A stretch of 53,535 bases of DNA, counting the filler, from Jimgerdemannia flammicorona (Eukaryota): NCBI GenBank assembly GCA_003990765.1. It is 3 parts of 3 records of this genome, joined end to end, with 100 filler letters (N's around TTAATTAATTAA, not from the genome) between each part and the next. Parts side by side here need not be neighbours in the genome. Positions count along the whole stretch, not along the records: positions 1 to 17,782 come from RBNJ01002413.1; positions 17,883 to 35,664 come from RBNJ01002414.1; 1 more part is not named here. One strand, given 5' to 3'. Below the pieces are notes generated by a model. It was not told the origin of the DNA. It saw only the letters and a list, made by a program, of their open reading frames with translations, and did not search any database. How positions within the stretch are numbered: the stretch's first letter is position 1; each line of letters opens with the position of its first letter. Shown in pieces: positions 13,676 through 27,395 of this stretch. A program made the translations under genes and the position numbers.

Positions 13676-13790
13676 ATAGAGAGCTGCAAGAAACTCTCTC
13701 AAAAAGATATAAAAAATAAATAGAAAGCTGTAAAAAATTCTCTCAAAAAGATATAAAAAATAAATAGAGAGCTATAAAGATACTTCTCCC
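13676..13790 (+). repeat. 44-bp tandem repeat, about 2.5 units
   Basis: AGAGAGCTGCAAGAAACTCTCTCAAAAAGATATAAAAAATAAAT repeated with transitions. Confidence 0.8.
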
Positions 13791-13879
13791 CATTATAATT
13801 CATATTACACAAACTTCTAATAATACTTTTGATACAGTATTTAGAGAAAAGGTGATAATAATATGATAATATACAAGAA

Positions 13880-16800
13880 TTCTGATGGGTGTACTGGGTT
13901 AGATAGATCTGAGGTCTTTGGATAGCAGTATGTTGAGAGAGGTTATGGCCTGAGAATAAGCTCTTTTGGTAGTTTGAGTGGTTAGAAGAGATCTGGAGGA
14001 TAACAAGTAGCAGAGAGGAGTAGAGGCAGATGAGGGCCTATGAGTTTTACTGATAAGATAAAGATGAGAGGATGATTAACAGATACTCAGACTGGTGAGG
14101 CTGGTAGTAGTAATGGACTGGGCTAGGGGAAGATAAGAGGCCCTTTATTAGAAGAGGTGGGTATAGAGACTAGAGAGACTAGAGGAGGGACTGCTGATAA
14201 TTGTATGACTGTAAATCTAGAAAAAATTCAAATATGATAGCTGATAATAGGGCTGGACAAGGGAGCTAAATAAGGAAAGAAGATCTGAGATAGGACTGAT
14301 AGTAGTATCATTACTCAAGAAGTTGATCTTGGAATTTGTCATCACACTATACTTCTGAGGGCTGGCAGTAACTGCAAAGATAGTTTTAGAGTTAATCTCA
14401 AAGCAGATGTCTGAGGTGGAATCTGTAAAGTTTCTATATAAGCTGAAGGAGATTGAAGTAGACTTTAAGAAGGTGAGACTACTAGAGGAGACTTTGAAGA
14501 CTGGGTTGGCATTTGGTGTAGTAGTAGTATCAATAGTAAGATATCTATAGTGAGACCCCAGGGTGGTATAGCTTCTAGTGAAAGGAGTGTCTATAGTGAT
14601 AATTACTGAGATAAGAAAGAGAGTAGAGGATATAATAGTAAAATATAGTGATATAGTAGATGTTGGGTTCTAAGTCTGAGAGGGGACAGCTTTCAGAACT
14701 AGGAATATAGATGTCTAGCTTTAACTTATAGAGAAGGAGGCTATAGAGAAGTCCCAGGACTGGTCTTTAGTAATAATATAGAGAGCTTTTATCTGTAAGA
14801 TAATGAGGATAAAAGAGAGTAAGAGTAGAGGAGCAGAATCTGTTGAAAACATTAGAGGACTTAAGTGAGGCAGTAGAATGTCAAGCTATAGTATGGAGAG
14901 AGTATATCACTTCCACTTACTTGGAGATATAGATGAGAAGTATATTTAGATAGACAAAGTACTGTAGGAAAAGATACAAGAGAGGAAGAGACAGAGAGAC
15001 TTGCTGGTAGAGTTGAAGATAGTATTAGCTGAAGAATTAGAGGAGAGTCCCAAGAGAGCTATGATAAGTAACTGGGCTGCAAGTAGAGTAGAGAGACTAG
15101 GGGAAGGGGGGAAAGTAACCAGAGAAATGAGAAATTAGCAACTATATAATGGTGTTGTGGGAGAAGAAGGAACAATATTAAGATAAGAAGAACTTATAGA
15201 ATTCAATTTGGAGTATCAGATATCACAAAAGGAGAACAGGTGATTGGTGTTGAAGTAAAGGAGTTAGTGGATATCCTAGAGAAGAGGTAGAATGAGTCAG
15301 CTAGTACTGAGGCTGATACTACAATATTGGGTAGAGGGCAGCCAGATACTTCTGGGGGAAAAAATATTAGTAACTTGTGATAGATATACATAATGATATA
15401 CAATCTGATAGTAGAAGAGTTGAGAGAGGTGGACTTGAGGGTGGTTAGTAAGGACTACAGGGAGAAAGTATTGAGGAGAGATAGTATAGTGGAGGTCCTG
15501 AAGTCTAAGGTATTAGCTGTTTAATTTAAAGAAAGAGTCATGAGATAGATGCTATAAGGGAGGCTGAGCTAACTATAGCTGCTAGGGATAGTACTAACTT
15601 CTAGTGAAAGAAGTAGGATAGGAGAATACTATAGAGAGAGATATATAGAGAGAAAATAGAAGAGAAGAATGATAAGATAATTGCTGAGATCTTAGCCAAG
15701 ATGGAGATAAGAGAGACTGAAGGGACAGAGATAGAGACAAAGTATAGTAGAGACTTGGATCAAGAGGCAATAAGAGTAAAGCTATAAAGAGATAGATCTA
15801 CTCTATAAATATCTATTCTTATAAATAGTACAACTAATATTTTCTTACTAAATATAAATAGTTTGAGAGGTTCTAAGAGATGTTAAAACATTTTCTCTTA
15901 ACTAAAGAAATTAGAAGCCAATTTCTTTCTTTTATAAGATATATATTGAGAGGAGAACTTAGATGGACAGGACTGGACTAAGGAATAAAGGGGTGCTGTG
16001 GTTTGGAGAAATAAGGTTAGAATGCTATTGAGAAGTGAAAAAGACAAACTGTGTGAAATTAATAGCTAGAGTAGCTGATTGGTATAGAGTGAGTGGTACT
16101 GATCAGAGTGGATACTAGTTATTATTGGCTCTTATTATTGTCTAGCAGTACAAGGGGAGTAGATTGAATGGTTGAAGAGACTGCTGGATTGTAGAGCATT
16201 GGTAAAAGCAGGTGTAGATATTCTTAGGGGTAATTTAATATAATCAGAGATGTAGTAGTAGACAGAACTGATAGAGAGAGGAGTACTGATAACCATAGTA
16301 ATAGTCTGGAGCTATGAAAGGAAGTTAAGAGACTGAGCTCTTTGGTGAATACAGAAAGGACATCATGGAGAGGCTGGCAGATATATATATACTGAGTGAA
16401 TGGACTTGGAATAAGGATTGACTGAATATTGACAGCTGACTGCTAGAGGATAGATATTTAGAGAAAATTAAAGATAGAGTAGTGCTTATAGTCTGATAAT
16501 TGGAGATTGTTAGGACATAGTTAGTTTGAAGAGAGTGAGAATGGATCTGGATATTGGTGTCTCAATTCCTCCTTACTGGCTAAGCAGAAGTTATAGGATA
16601 GGTGGGTAGAGGACATTAGACAGAATATTATTTATTAGATTAGAAAGGAGTGCCCAATTAAGGTCTACTGGGTAAGGTTGAAAGAGGCTGCCAGAGTATA
16701 CTAGAGGGAGACTGGAAGACTGGCTGGTAAGCAGTATCATAAGAAGGTGAGGTGGATTTCTGTAAGATTAGCATGACTTTAGAGAACTTGGGCTGGTCTG

Positions 16801-17782
16801 CTGAGACTGGCAACAGGAGAGGATTGGAGGCTAAAATGAGCTAGGATGGAGGTAGAAGAGTTATAAAGAGTTTTGAGAGAGGAAGAGGAGACTTATATGA
16901 AGGGAATGACTACTAGGTTGAGATGGTAGGAGCTTGAGGATAGTGAGAGGCTCTTTAAATATTTATCACAGCTTTTTCAGACTTGGAGAGTAAGGCAGAG
17001 GTGGGACAATGTTCTTGATGAGGAGGGCTTGCTGGTGAATGATATTCAACAGATCTTAGACTCTCTGAAGAGAAGATGGGGGAACCTGTAGAGTTAGGAG
17101 AAGAGAGGTACTGATATAGAAGCTATTGAGAAGGTACTGGAGGATTAACATCCTCCTCCAGTAGATAGTCTAAGTAATCTGATTATGTCAATATAGATGG
17201 AGGAAATATAGCTAGTTATTGTAGCTATATTATTAGACACTATACCAGGTAAGGATAGTCTGCTCTGAGCTTTTTGGAAAAAGATAGTGAAGGTCCTAGG
17301 GGTGTTAGAAGATATAGCAGCACTGTGTAACTTTATACTCTTATCTGGAAAGTGGGTCAGAGAGCAGGGCCTTGGTCTGGTAGCACTATTGTTTGAAAAT
17401 AAGAGTAGCTAAGAAGACTGAAAGAACTGATGGCTAATTATACTTCTGGATATAAACTGGAAGTTAGTCACTAAAGTGATTATTATAAGACTACAGAAGG
17501 TGATTGTATTTGAGGAAGGAAAGTATTTGAGTTTGGAGGAGCAGTTGGCAAGATAGAAAGAGTTGATGGAGGATGTCTTGATGGGCTGGTGATTGAGATG
17601 GGGTCTGCAGAGAGATAGGTGACACTGTTTGGTGAAGAAGATCTGTAGGCAGAGTGAGGGGAGAATTGGAGTAGTGGATAGCAGAGTGGTTTTTAAGCAT
17701 AAGAGTATGAAGGAAGGGGGAGGGGGGGGGCTCTCTAGGGGTATTGGATAGTGTGAAGGAATAGTATAATTATATATAATAG
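13880..17782 (+). mobile_element. Decayed L1/Tx1-like LINE: ORF1, APE endonuclease and RT start, with an internal deletion joining to the 3' end
   Basis: Near 15835, NIFLLNINSLRGSKR (APE I motif ILSxNVNGL). Degenerate ILGGDFN near 16220, SD(H) near 16492, PGKDSL near 17245, R-P-I-x-LL-like motif near 17430. The 3' UTR at 17710-17782 resembles 49290-49350. Confidence 0.8.
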
Positions 17783-17882
17783 NNNNNNNNNNNNNNNNNN
17801 NNNNNNNNNNNNNNNNNNNNNNNNNNTTAATTAATTAANNNNNNNNNNNNNNNNNNNNNNNNNNNNNNNNNNNNNNNNNNNN
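17783..17882. other. Artificial contig linker N44-TTAATTAATTAA-N44
   Basis: Six-frame-stop 12-mer centred in Ns; identical to 35665-35764. Confidence 0.97.
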
Positions 17883-18202
17883 TGCGCTTCGCGCGGGGCT
17901 TAAAGTTCTTGGATCGGTTTTCTTAAATAAGTCATATTTGGCACCCCACTTGGCCTATCCTGGCCACCAAAATTATGACTCGGGACCATCGGCGAAATAA
18001 TCCTCAGTCGTGTTACAGGAGCGTGGAACCCTTAAAAGTTTGGTGCAGTGACCGAGTCGTAGCCATAGCGGTCATCTGACTTTGTTATCTACTCGATTGA
18101 CAACATTTGAGCGATTGCATCTTATTTCATTTTAGTGCTTGGTGACCACGCTTGTCGAGAATGCGTTTTGCGAAAGTCGTTTACGGTAAAGTCGGTTACG
18201 TT

Positions 18203-19524
18203 ATGGTAAAGTCGGTTATTCCGACGAAGCAGAGGGCGCCCCATCTCTGTTATTCTGAGTCGTCGTTATATACGCGAAGTAAGTATCAAATTTGTTTATT
18301 ATTTCTTAACCAGAAACTCTTGTCCATTAATTTACAGGAGTGCGCAAAAGAGATGCGAAAAGCACCTGGTTGAATGATACACTAACTCGTAAGTCCAGTC
18401 CACCTTTGTTTAATACAGAATTCCTATGCACGCCCACTTTTCGCTTATATTCCTTTTGTTAGGGGGGCGCGAGAAACCCTTCGTGATCCTGAGCATTATC
18501 GTGGCCCTCCTGGCATTCCTCGCGACGAAAATCTTAACTGTCATCCTAATTCCTAACGCCGGCACCATCGTCATAACCACTGTCACCATCACGTCAACCA
18601 CCACTGCTACAATCACGTCGCCAACCACTGCCACCATCACATCCATAACTACCCCAGTTGGGGAACCTATTTTCATACGATATGGAGACGAAATTGAACT
18701 CAGATATTCTTCGCTTGGGGTTTGGAGATACCTTACCACGAACTACAAGCATAAGTACAGGTGGGGGAGCAAACAGCGCATGGTGAGCCATTGGCATTGT
18801 GTAGTAGGCGGGTTGGAAAGACGAGCGAGAGGTGGACTCATGATGGCAACTGAATAACGGATGGATTTACAGGTCTTTACCGACAACAAATCATCCGCAA
18901 ATCTCTTCAAATGGACCGTGCTACCGACTACCTCTGATTCTGACCTCTTGGGCAAGCTCGTCCGTTATAACGACATCATCCAGCTCCAACACTGGTTGAC
19001 TGACGGAATGCTTCACTCTCACAAAGGGTTCTCCCTCGGCGTGGAAGGGCAGGAGGTGACTGCCTTTGAGGGCTCCGACAGTAATAACAATTGGAAGCTT
19101 GAGAGGCCACCCACTGTCGGAGTGCAGGTAATGTTATTTTTTACTTTTTTCGGAGAGAATTAAATTTTTCAGTGACCGTTCGGATGCTCCAAGCATGGTT
19201 GCGATTTCATACGACTCTTTCTTATGTAGAAATGGCAAACTGATCAAACCTTCGTACTCCGTCACGTTGAGACCAACCGCTTTCTCAAGGGTAGTAGCAG
19301 CAGAATCGAGGTTGACAAATACAATGTCGTCGCGAGGGAGGCAGGGACATTATGGGTATGTAAAAGTGTTTTGACCCTCGACAGCTCCGTGTTCATGCCT
19401 ACTTCTCCAAGCGGCTAACGTATCCGTGTTTGTTGTTCTGTAAATCCACTACGTTTTCTTCCATATCCCTTACTATTCACTGGCATGGTTGTCTTCCTTG
19501 TAGGAGGCGAGCTTAAGTGGTTAG
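18203..19524 (+). CDS. Membrane-anchored MIR-domain (SDF2/PMT-type beta-trefoil) protein with Thr-rich stalk; exons ~18203-18278, 18338-18388, 18463-18782, 18873-19127, 19230-19355, 19504-19524
   Basis: Three MIR repeats: IRYGDEIELRY..YLTT..Y..GSKQRMV, VRYNDIIQLQHWLTDGMLHSH..QEVTAF..DSNNNW, and WQTDQTFVLRHVETNRFL. TM helix FVILSIIVALLAFLA. Phase-compatible GT..AG introns. Start uncertain (ATG 18161 or 18203, or 18426 if the upstream introns are wrong). Confidence 0.8.
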
Positions 19525-20986
19525 GACTTTTAATTGTAAGGAGGCTCTTTACTATGTTGTAATAATTTTCACATTATATTGCTTGAAAATGAAATTGATA
19601 AAAAGTCGGATATGATGACTAGGCCACAGTGTGTACTTTTTATATTGATCAAGTTGCTAAAGTAATTACATTTGAAGTGAAAGAGCAATTTAATCAGTAG
19701 TAATATTGTTATTATAATAGATAGTGTGGTGATCGATCTGTATCAGCTCAATATGCCTCAGGGCAAGTTAATGCGCTTCCCGATAGTTTCTGTGTTGAAC
19801 AATGGTTCCGGGTACTGCTGTATGTGGTCCAAGTCAGCTGAAAACGCGTACTCGATTTGTGCAATATGTCGCGGCTGTCTGATAGCGGGTTTCTGGTCGA
19901 CGAACTCGGGTGTTTCTTGAGCAGTGAGCCTTGTTTCAATTGGAGTGGTATGACGTCTTTACTTCGGGTGACGCGTTCTAGAACCAGCAAGTGCCTAAAT
20001 TCGGAAGAATGCGTGCAACCAACCCAGTATTTATTACATGGATACTATAGCATAGCCAGATGACATACAAAGAACACTTAGCATAGTTACCCCACATAGT
20101 TACCACATATACTACAAATTTATATAAATAACCAGATGTACCAAATCAGGCATATTGATTTCATTTCAAGTGGAACACTCATCCCAAGTGGAACACCCAT
20201 TTCACAGAGAACACCCATCTCACAAGAGAACAAGTGGTCATACCTTCTCTAAATTAGCCTTACTATATATTCTATAATTATTCAAATAGCAACTAGATGG
20301 CAACCATACTTGTATAAAATATTCCAGAGATTTGAGTGAATAAACCTCAGTCTGGAAAGTCAAAGAAAAGCAAAAGTCAATTATCTGATATAAGGAAAAA
20401 TGTCTGCCAAAAGTCACTTGATTCAAAGGAAAGAATTGCAATACTTAGAAGATATATCTATCAATAAGCCACTACTAAGAAATTGTGAGCTTTATTCCTT
20501 TTCCACTCTAGTCTACTTTCTGATATAAAGAAGTCTGCTGATTTTGGTCTACTTATCAGATTAAGTTTATAGAACTCAAATTATCTACTAATTTTAATCT
20601 ACTTATATAATAGTTCTAGTTTTTTTTAAGAGGAAGTAGTTAAGTTTGGTAATTCTGATAGGTCTAAAGTAGCTCAGAGAGATACTTATAGGTTCAAGTA
20701 TTCTTAAAGAAATTCTGAAAAAAAAATATTCTGAGCTTTATTAAAGCAGAGATTAAGGATATTTATATAAGATCTGAAAGAAAGATCTGAAAGAATCTTA
20801 AAAAAGAAAAGAAAGACCAAGAAATTAATTTTCAGTAAAGATAACTAATAGAATTCTATAATATTCCAAAAGGTTTTATAATAAGATACTTGGTGCCAAA
20901 AAAAGACAGAAATATTCTAGTATATTTATATATGTATAAAGAGACCAAGTATATATTTTATTCTAAGAGGAATAGGAGAGAGGAAT

Positions 20987-23900
20987 TACAAAAACTTGAT
21001 TGTAGATACAAATTGCTAAATAACTAGTTATTGATATATAATTAAATGTATAATTGAATATAAAGTATATAAAGTATCAGAATGTTCACCAGAGAAGTAA
21101 AGTGATACTTGAAGCAGGCATACTACTGAAACTCAAACTAACTAAGGTGGTGTGGGTACAGAGAAATAATTGAAACTAAGCTGAGCTATATGATTGTATA
21201 AATATTAAGTGAAAGATAGACTGCATGAATGTTAAGTAACTATGACCACTTTGCTACCATTTGAACTATGTTTATAACTATATTAAAGTTTCTTATATAT
21301 AGGAGTTATGGTGTGAAGATTGAAGTAGAAATATTTCTGTATAGAAAAGAGTCATATAAATATCTATCAGATATAGGTTTGGTAATAAGGAAGCATATGC
21401 TTCCAGAGGTCTACCAATTGTATTCATATGTAAAAAGGCCAAACCATAGGTCAAGAAGTGGATAAGGCTTCTAAATATAGTGCTGGTACTGCTGACCACT
21501 TGTCGATATCTTGTGATCACTACTTGCTAAACCCAAGATCTGCTAGTAATCAAGAAGGGGCATGGTAGCTAGAGTGATAGTTGTCTGAGACAGAATGTGA
21601 TTAAGTTATCAAATATAATACAAAAAGGCTAAGAACTTCTAGTGATCAGCTAACTAGATAATATGATCTAAGTAGCCCACTTTTATGAGTAGAGTGGTAC
21701 TACCAATATGAAAGAAATGGCTGTAAATTCTGGTAGCCAGAGTGGTACCTCCCAGAGGGTCTAAATGATATCAATGAATATTGAATGGAAAAGAAGTTGA
21801 GTTGGGCTAAAGCAAAAGATGGGATTGTGGGATTGAGTAGAATAAATGTAAACTATATTATCAATAGCTATGCAGGAGTAGTCAAAAGTACCTAAATATC
21901 TCAAGAATATATTACCAGAAGTACTCAACTTGGTATGAGGAAGATAGAGAGATCAGAATGGCTAAGAGAGAGTAGAGTCCCAGTACTGCCAAAGGTGTGA
22001 CCAGCAGACCTGCCATTGTGGATTAAAAGATAAATAGTTGGGGATGTGAGTTCACTGATATATATCAGGCCATAGAACACTATATATGTCATAGCCCACA
22101 TAGTAGCACTATAGGGTATATTAAGAGAGAGAGTAGTATGAATGAGATAGAGATATTGATAGATAATTGGGAGGCATTCAAGAGAGTATAAAGAGGAGGG
22201 TAAGTGGCTCTGGATTAATTTGAGGACAATGTCGAATAAAGGTAAAGAAGTACAATAGAGAGAGGGGCTATAATGGTGAGCCAATTGATAGATAGCAATG
22301 TTGTAAAAATAGTTCTTAATAGTAGTATATGGTTTCTTATCATTAGTCAGCCAAAGGGTCCAGTAGCTGAGAAGGTCATCATGGAGGGGAAAGGCAATAT
22401 TGTCATTAATGCTGTAAGTGCTTAAAAGTGGTAAAGGGAGTTGGTACCAGATTGGAGGGTACCTGTGCAGATGTAGGAATGTTGATAGAGACAGAACTTG
22501 AAGCAATAATGAAGCCAAAGAGAGATATTATCAACAATGAGAGCAGTTTCTGAGGATAAGTGGAGAGGTAGCATAGGTAAGAAAGGGGGTTAGCAGAATT
22601 AGATGCAGATGGAATATATTGAGCTTGAATGTCAAAATCTATTTGGAGATATAGTAGAGTAATGTAATATAAGAGGTCATTGACAAGAGGGTGGTATTAT
22701 GCCCTACTGCTAGTTAAAGATATAATACAGGACTGGCTATTACACTATAAGATAATATATTGTTTCTAAAAAGAGAAACCCTATAGTAAAAGTGAGACCC
22801 AGACTGTAAATATTTCTTTTCAGAAAATATCATATTCTGGCTGATTGCTAAATAATGTGACCCACTGAATATTCTATCAGTATTGATCAAAGAGGCCACC
22901 AGTACTAATTGTTCTGGAGGCATTTATAAATAGACTACAATTCTGTCAATTAGAGTGAAAAAGCAGGCAATGACCTGTTCAAGAGAATAGGACATCCTGC
23001 CACTATTAAAGATTAGTAATGAGATAAGAAGATAGATGATGCTGCCTGACATAGGGCAGTTTCTATGAGGAGATAAAATAAATAACAGAGTCACAAAATA
23101 CTTTCCCATCAGATAGGACCTGGGTGATATGTATAAGATGACCTAGTAGAGACTGGGCTTCATAATAGGACCTAGGGTATGGCTGGTGTATATGATGAGA
23201 TAGAGTAAGTCAGTCAGTCAGTAAGGTGAGAATGTAGGTATGCTTTTTATAAGAAAGGCCAATTGTTATATTTGGGACATCAAGAAGGAAGCCCACATAC
23301 TTGATAATTAGTATTGAAGATATGTTCTTGGCAACCTTAAGGAGAAGGCCAAAATGGATAATAATGGAGTGAAATTGCAAGTATGTAGACTGTGTTATAG
23401 TTGATGAAGCAATATAAATAAAGTCATCTACAAAATAACCCAAATTAGAAAGGTTATACAGATAAATACAGATCTATATGAATAAGTTTATTAGAGATAT
23501 AAATATGAATAGTGCTGAGTAAAGACTGAATGAGAGAAATATGTTAAAAAAGAAAAAGCTGAGCTAATAGATGCCTTGTATGGTCCAGTCAGACTGGTGT
23601 ACAGGAATCATGCAAAAGGCTTCAGTGATGTTACTCTTCTAGAAAAGAGTAGAGATACTTAGTGCTAATAGTATGTAGATAACTAACTGGATAGACTAAT
23701 ACTAAATAGAGAACTCTTTAGGGTTGATATTATTATTAATAGATGCTCCTTCTGAGAAGGACAGGTGTTAGATAGTGTGAAGTTTAGTAGAGTTCTTCTT
23801 TGAGATAATGCCTAAGAGAATGTTACAGAAGGGGTAAAACTTAGTAGATAATATTGATAGAGATAAAAAGAGGTCTAGATAATGACCTGCTTAGAGTTCA

Positions 23901-26292
23901 GTGAGGATGTTGGTTGAAAGAACTTTATGGTATTGGTAGGCTAAAGCCAATTTGTCTGATATATGATCAATGTAAAGCTCTGGGTGGGAATGGTTACTAT
24001 GAAAGTAGTCATAACATAGGCCAGCAAGATGATACTAAATGAGAGATTAATCTGAGTAGGCATAAAGTGCCTACTACCATTCTTGGATATTGTAAGGACT
24101 TTCTGGAGGGTTGGAAGATAGTGGGGTCATGAGATTAGCTGCAGTGGACAGTGCACTCTGTACCTGGATGAGAGCTATAGCAGAAAAGATAAATATGGGA
24201 GCAGTCACAATTAGTGCAGTAGTCTATACTATTATAGTTGTGATAGATGGAGGTAGTAGTGCTATCTGAGATGAGAGTAGTGCTCTAAATAAGTTGATCC
24301 AGATCAGATTCAAATCCCATCTGGATCAATTCAAATCAATCATTGTTTGATTTCCAAATTAGATAATTAAATGTTTATATTAATAACTTAATTAATAATC
24401 ATCCAATTTTGATAATCTTGATGTCATTTGAAAGCCCTTAATAAGGCCTTTTTAATAATATCAAGAACGTTAAAATTGGATCATGCATTGCTGAGTTATC
24501 AAAGAAAAACATCTGACTTGCTGATTTTGGAAATTTCTTCAAAACAACATTTTTTTTAATAACTCGGCAATACATAATCCGATTTTAATGTTCTTGGTAT
24601 CATTGGAAAGGCCTTACTAAGGGCTTTAAAATGACATCAATATCATCAAAATTGGATAATTATTCATTAAGTTATTGATGTAAACATTTAATTGTCTAAT
24701 TTGGAAATCAAAACAAAATTGATCTGAATAGAATTCAAATCCCATCCAAGTTGATCTAGATGGGATTCAATCTGAATCCAATCCAAATCCAATCCGGATT
24801 AAATTGACTTATTCAGAGCACTAGGTGAGAGTGTCTTCAGGTTTGATAGTGAACATAGATTGTAAAAGTGGGGTTTGGGTGCAAGTGGTCAATATATGTC
24901 CCCACACTCTGTACCAAAAGCACAATAGAGGATTGCAGAAGTTGTTCTGGGGCCCCTGATTGAGGGGGTGGATGCTAGAGCTGACCTATGTACTGGCTGA
25001 TAAGTAAATAGTACTAATGCTGGCTGACTAATAATAGTTTTGAATATGTATCAGACAGCATCTAGATTACTAATGTCAAGCTCTATAAAAGATGTCTTGA
25101 GGGTATGAACTTGTCTATCAAACCATTATAGAGCCATCTAGTCATATCAATCATTAATGGCCTTAATAATGAAGATATTATATATCAGTAGCTATATGGT
25201 ATATACTGTATAGATAGTAGTTTATATAATACAAAAGATCAGTAATATATTCCAAATTTTAAAGATAGTCTCCAACTAAAGCAATAAGTTGAGGTCATAG
25301 TCTGGTAAGTGAGAGTTAGGTTTCTGCTAAATGCTTGAATATGATAGCAGAACATTTCTAGTCCATTCAGCCAGGATTTGATATTCTCTTGCTTCAAGCA
25401 AAGTCAACAGCTCTAAGGGGACTCAGTCATGATGTAGAATGGTATCAGAGATGAATGAGAAAGTTGATAACTCATCATTAAGAGGATTTGAAGACCAGAA
25501 TAGTGAGGATACTACTGGAATTGGCAGCAATATGAATGGGATTGCCACTAAAGGATAGAATACTACTAGAAGGTAGGCTGAAGATAGTAGATTAGATAGT
25601 AGGGTTGGGAGGGTAACATTGGTACCCACAGTTATAGCAGTTAAGACAGGTGATCTATTAAGATGTACAGTCAGTGCAGAGAGTAATCATTTAATCAATA
25701 TGTCAACTACTTAGGCATTGGTGGGAGTTGTCAAAGCTGGTATCATAGGGTCTATAGTTAGAGGTTCAGGATCTGGTCTGTTGGTATCAAGATGTATAAC
25801 CAGAACAGCCTTCTGACTATCTATAGAAAGGTCATAATTGTGATAGAGTATAATTAGTTGATCCTTACATAGTGTTTGTAAGCCAGAAAGATTAGAAATT
25901 AATAGGCATATGTGTGAAGAACCAGATACTAGAGCTGGAGCAGAAGGCAGGTCTTGAGACTAACAGATAGGTGGTATATTGTTAGATAGAGTAGGTAAGT
26001 ACAAAAACTTAATTGTGAATACAAATTGCTAAATAACTAGTTGTTGGCATACAATTGAATATATAATTAAATATAAAATATATAAAGTACCAGAATGTTT
26101 ACCAGAAAAGTAAAGTGGCACTTAAAGTAGGTATACTACTGAAACTCAAACTAAGATGGTATGGGCATAGAGAAATAATTGAAACTAAGCTGAGCTGCAT
26201 GATTGTATAAATATTAAGTAAAAGATGGACTGTATGAATGTTAAGTAGCTATGATCACTTTGCTGCAGTTTGAACTATATTTATAACTATAT
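20987..26292 (-). mobile_element. Decayed Ngaro/DIRS-type tyrosine-recombinase retrotransposon (gag-like, RT/RH, YR) with ~300-bp direct repeats
   Basis: Direct repeats at 20987-21284 and 25998-26292. RT motifs YFVDDF (~23430), degenerate LPFGLRSAP (~23510-23540), KS(D)I..AF..IPV (~23600-23640), KK....R.I.HLS...SIN (~23730-23800). YR C-terminus SH(S)F(R)IG(GA)T...(GRW)KS.AF..YI at ~21610-21725. Confidence 0.85.
24278..24823. mobile_element. hAT-type non-autonomous palindromic MITE, copy 1, inserted in the Ngaro element
   Basis: Termini TAGTGCTC..AATAAG / CTTATT..GAGCACTA. 8-bp TSD GATGAGAG/GGTGAGAG. The body is a ~200-bp-arm inverted repeat. Confidence 0.88.
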
Positions 26293-27395
26293 ATTCTCTA
26301 TTATAATAATTAATAAATATATACAGTCTAATACTATATTATCTAATGCTGAATACTTGATATTATATGCAGTAAAAATATACATTCTATGACAACTATA
26401 CTCTTTATTTATTATAATGAAGTATTATTAATAGATGATATCCTATTATATATACTATTTTGCATAAATACTAATGAACTATATATAAATTTACAGCCAC
26501 TATGGTCCAGATTGTTACTTTACAGACAATATAATAATGCTAGTTCTGATAGTATAGTATATAGCTTAAGATGTGGCTATATCTAAAAAAAAAATTCAAG
26601 TATTATTGATAATAACAAAATAGAGTAAATACTATAAGATAAAGGAGAAAATAAAAACTTAAAAGACATTTTAATGATTATTAGCTTATAGTGTTGACTT
26701 TTCTGTTATATTATAAACTTGAAGTAGATAATTATTATATTTAGAGATTATTGTAATAAAAAAAAAAAAAAAAAAAAATAGTTGATATATTTGTCTATAG
26801 TCTGATACTATATAAGTTTTTGAAATTAATACAATAAAGTTAGTTTAATAAATAGTGATATAATCTCTTATAAACCTATATATCAAATTAAATAAGAGTA
26901 GTACAGATAAAATGAGAACAGTTATAAAATATTTAGTTGATTAATACTCTCTCTTGATATATATATTATCTTCTAATTGACTTATTACTGACTTACTACT
27001 TTGTACTCTATCTTTGATAGCTTATTGTATCTTATTGTAAAAAATTTAAAAAACAGTAGATTTGATCACTATTCTCTCTAGAAAACCTAATAATAAATTA
27101 TAGGATACTAGATTTCTCTTAAGCTCTATCTGAAGTTCTATAATAAATATTATTATTTATAGAAAAAATGGTAAAGAATTTCTATTTAATGACTCCTACT
27201 ATTTTTTCAACTATATATTGACTAACTGGACAAAATCAAAAGTTAGATTGTCAATAATCTTAGAGCAGAGATCTAAATATTAGTAATTATTTACTTATTG
27301 TAATGGTGACCCCAGAATGATGATATTAGCACAAGAGATAGTCTTTCCTTACAAGCCAGTAGATCAGAGCATAAGAAGATCATACGGTATATGAG

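Noticed and set aside
17827..17838. TTAATTAATTAA palindrome as a biological site
   Set aside because: It is centred in N runs at two places and is an assembly linker.
19726..20063. Short overlapping ORFs downstream of the MIR gene
   Set aside because: No recognisable motif or convincing splice structure.
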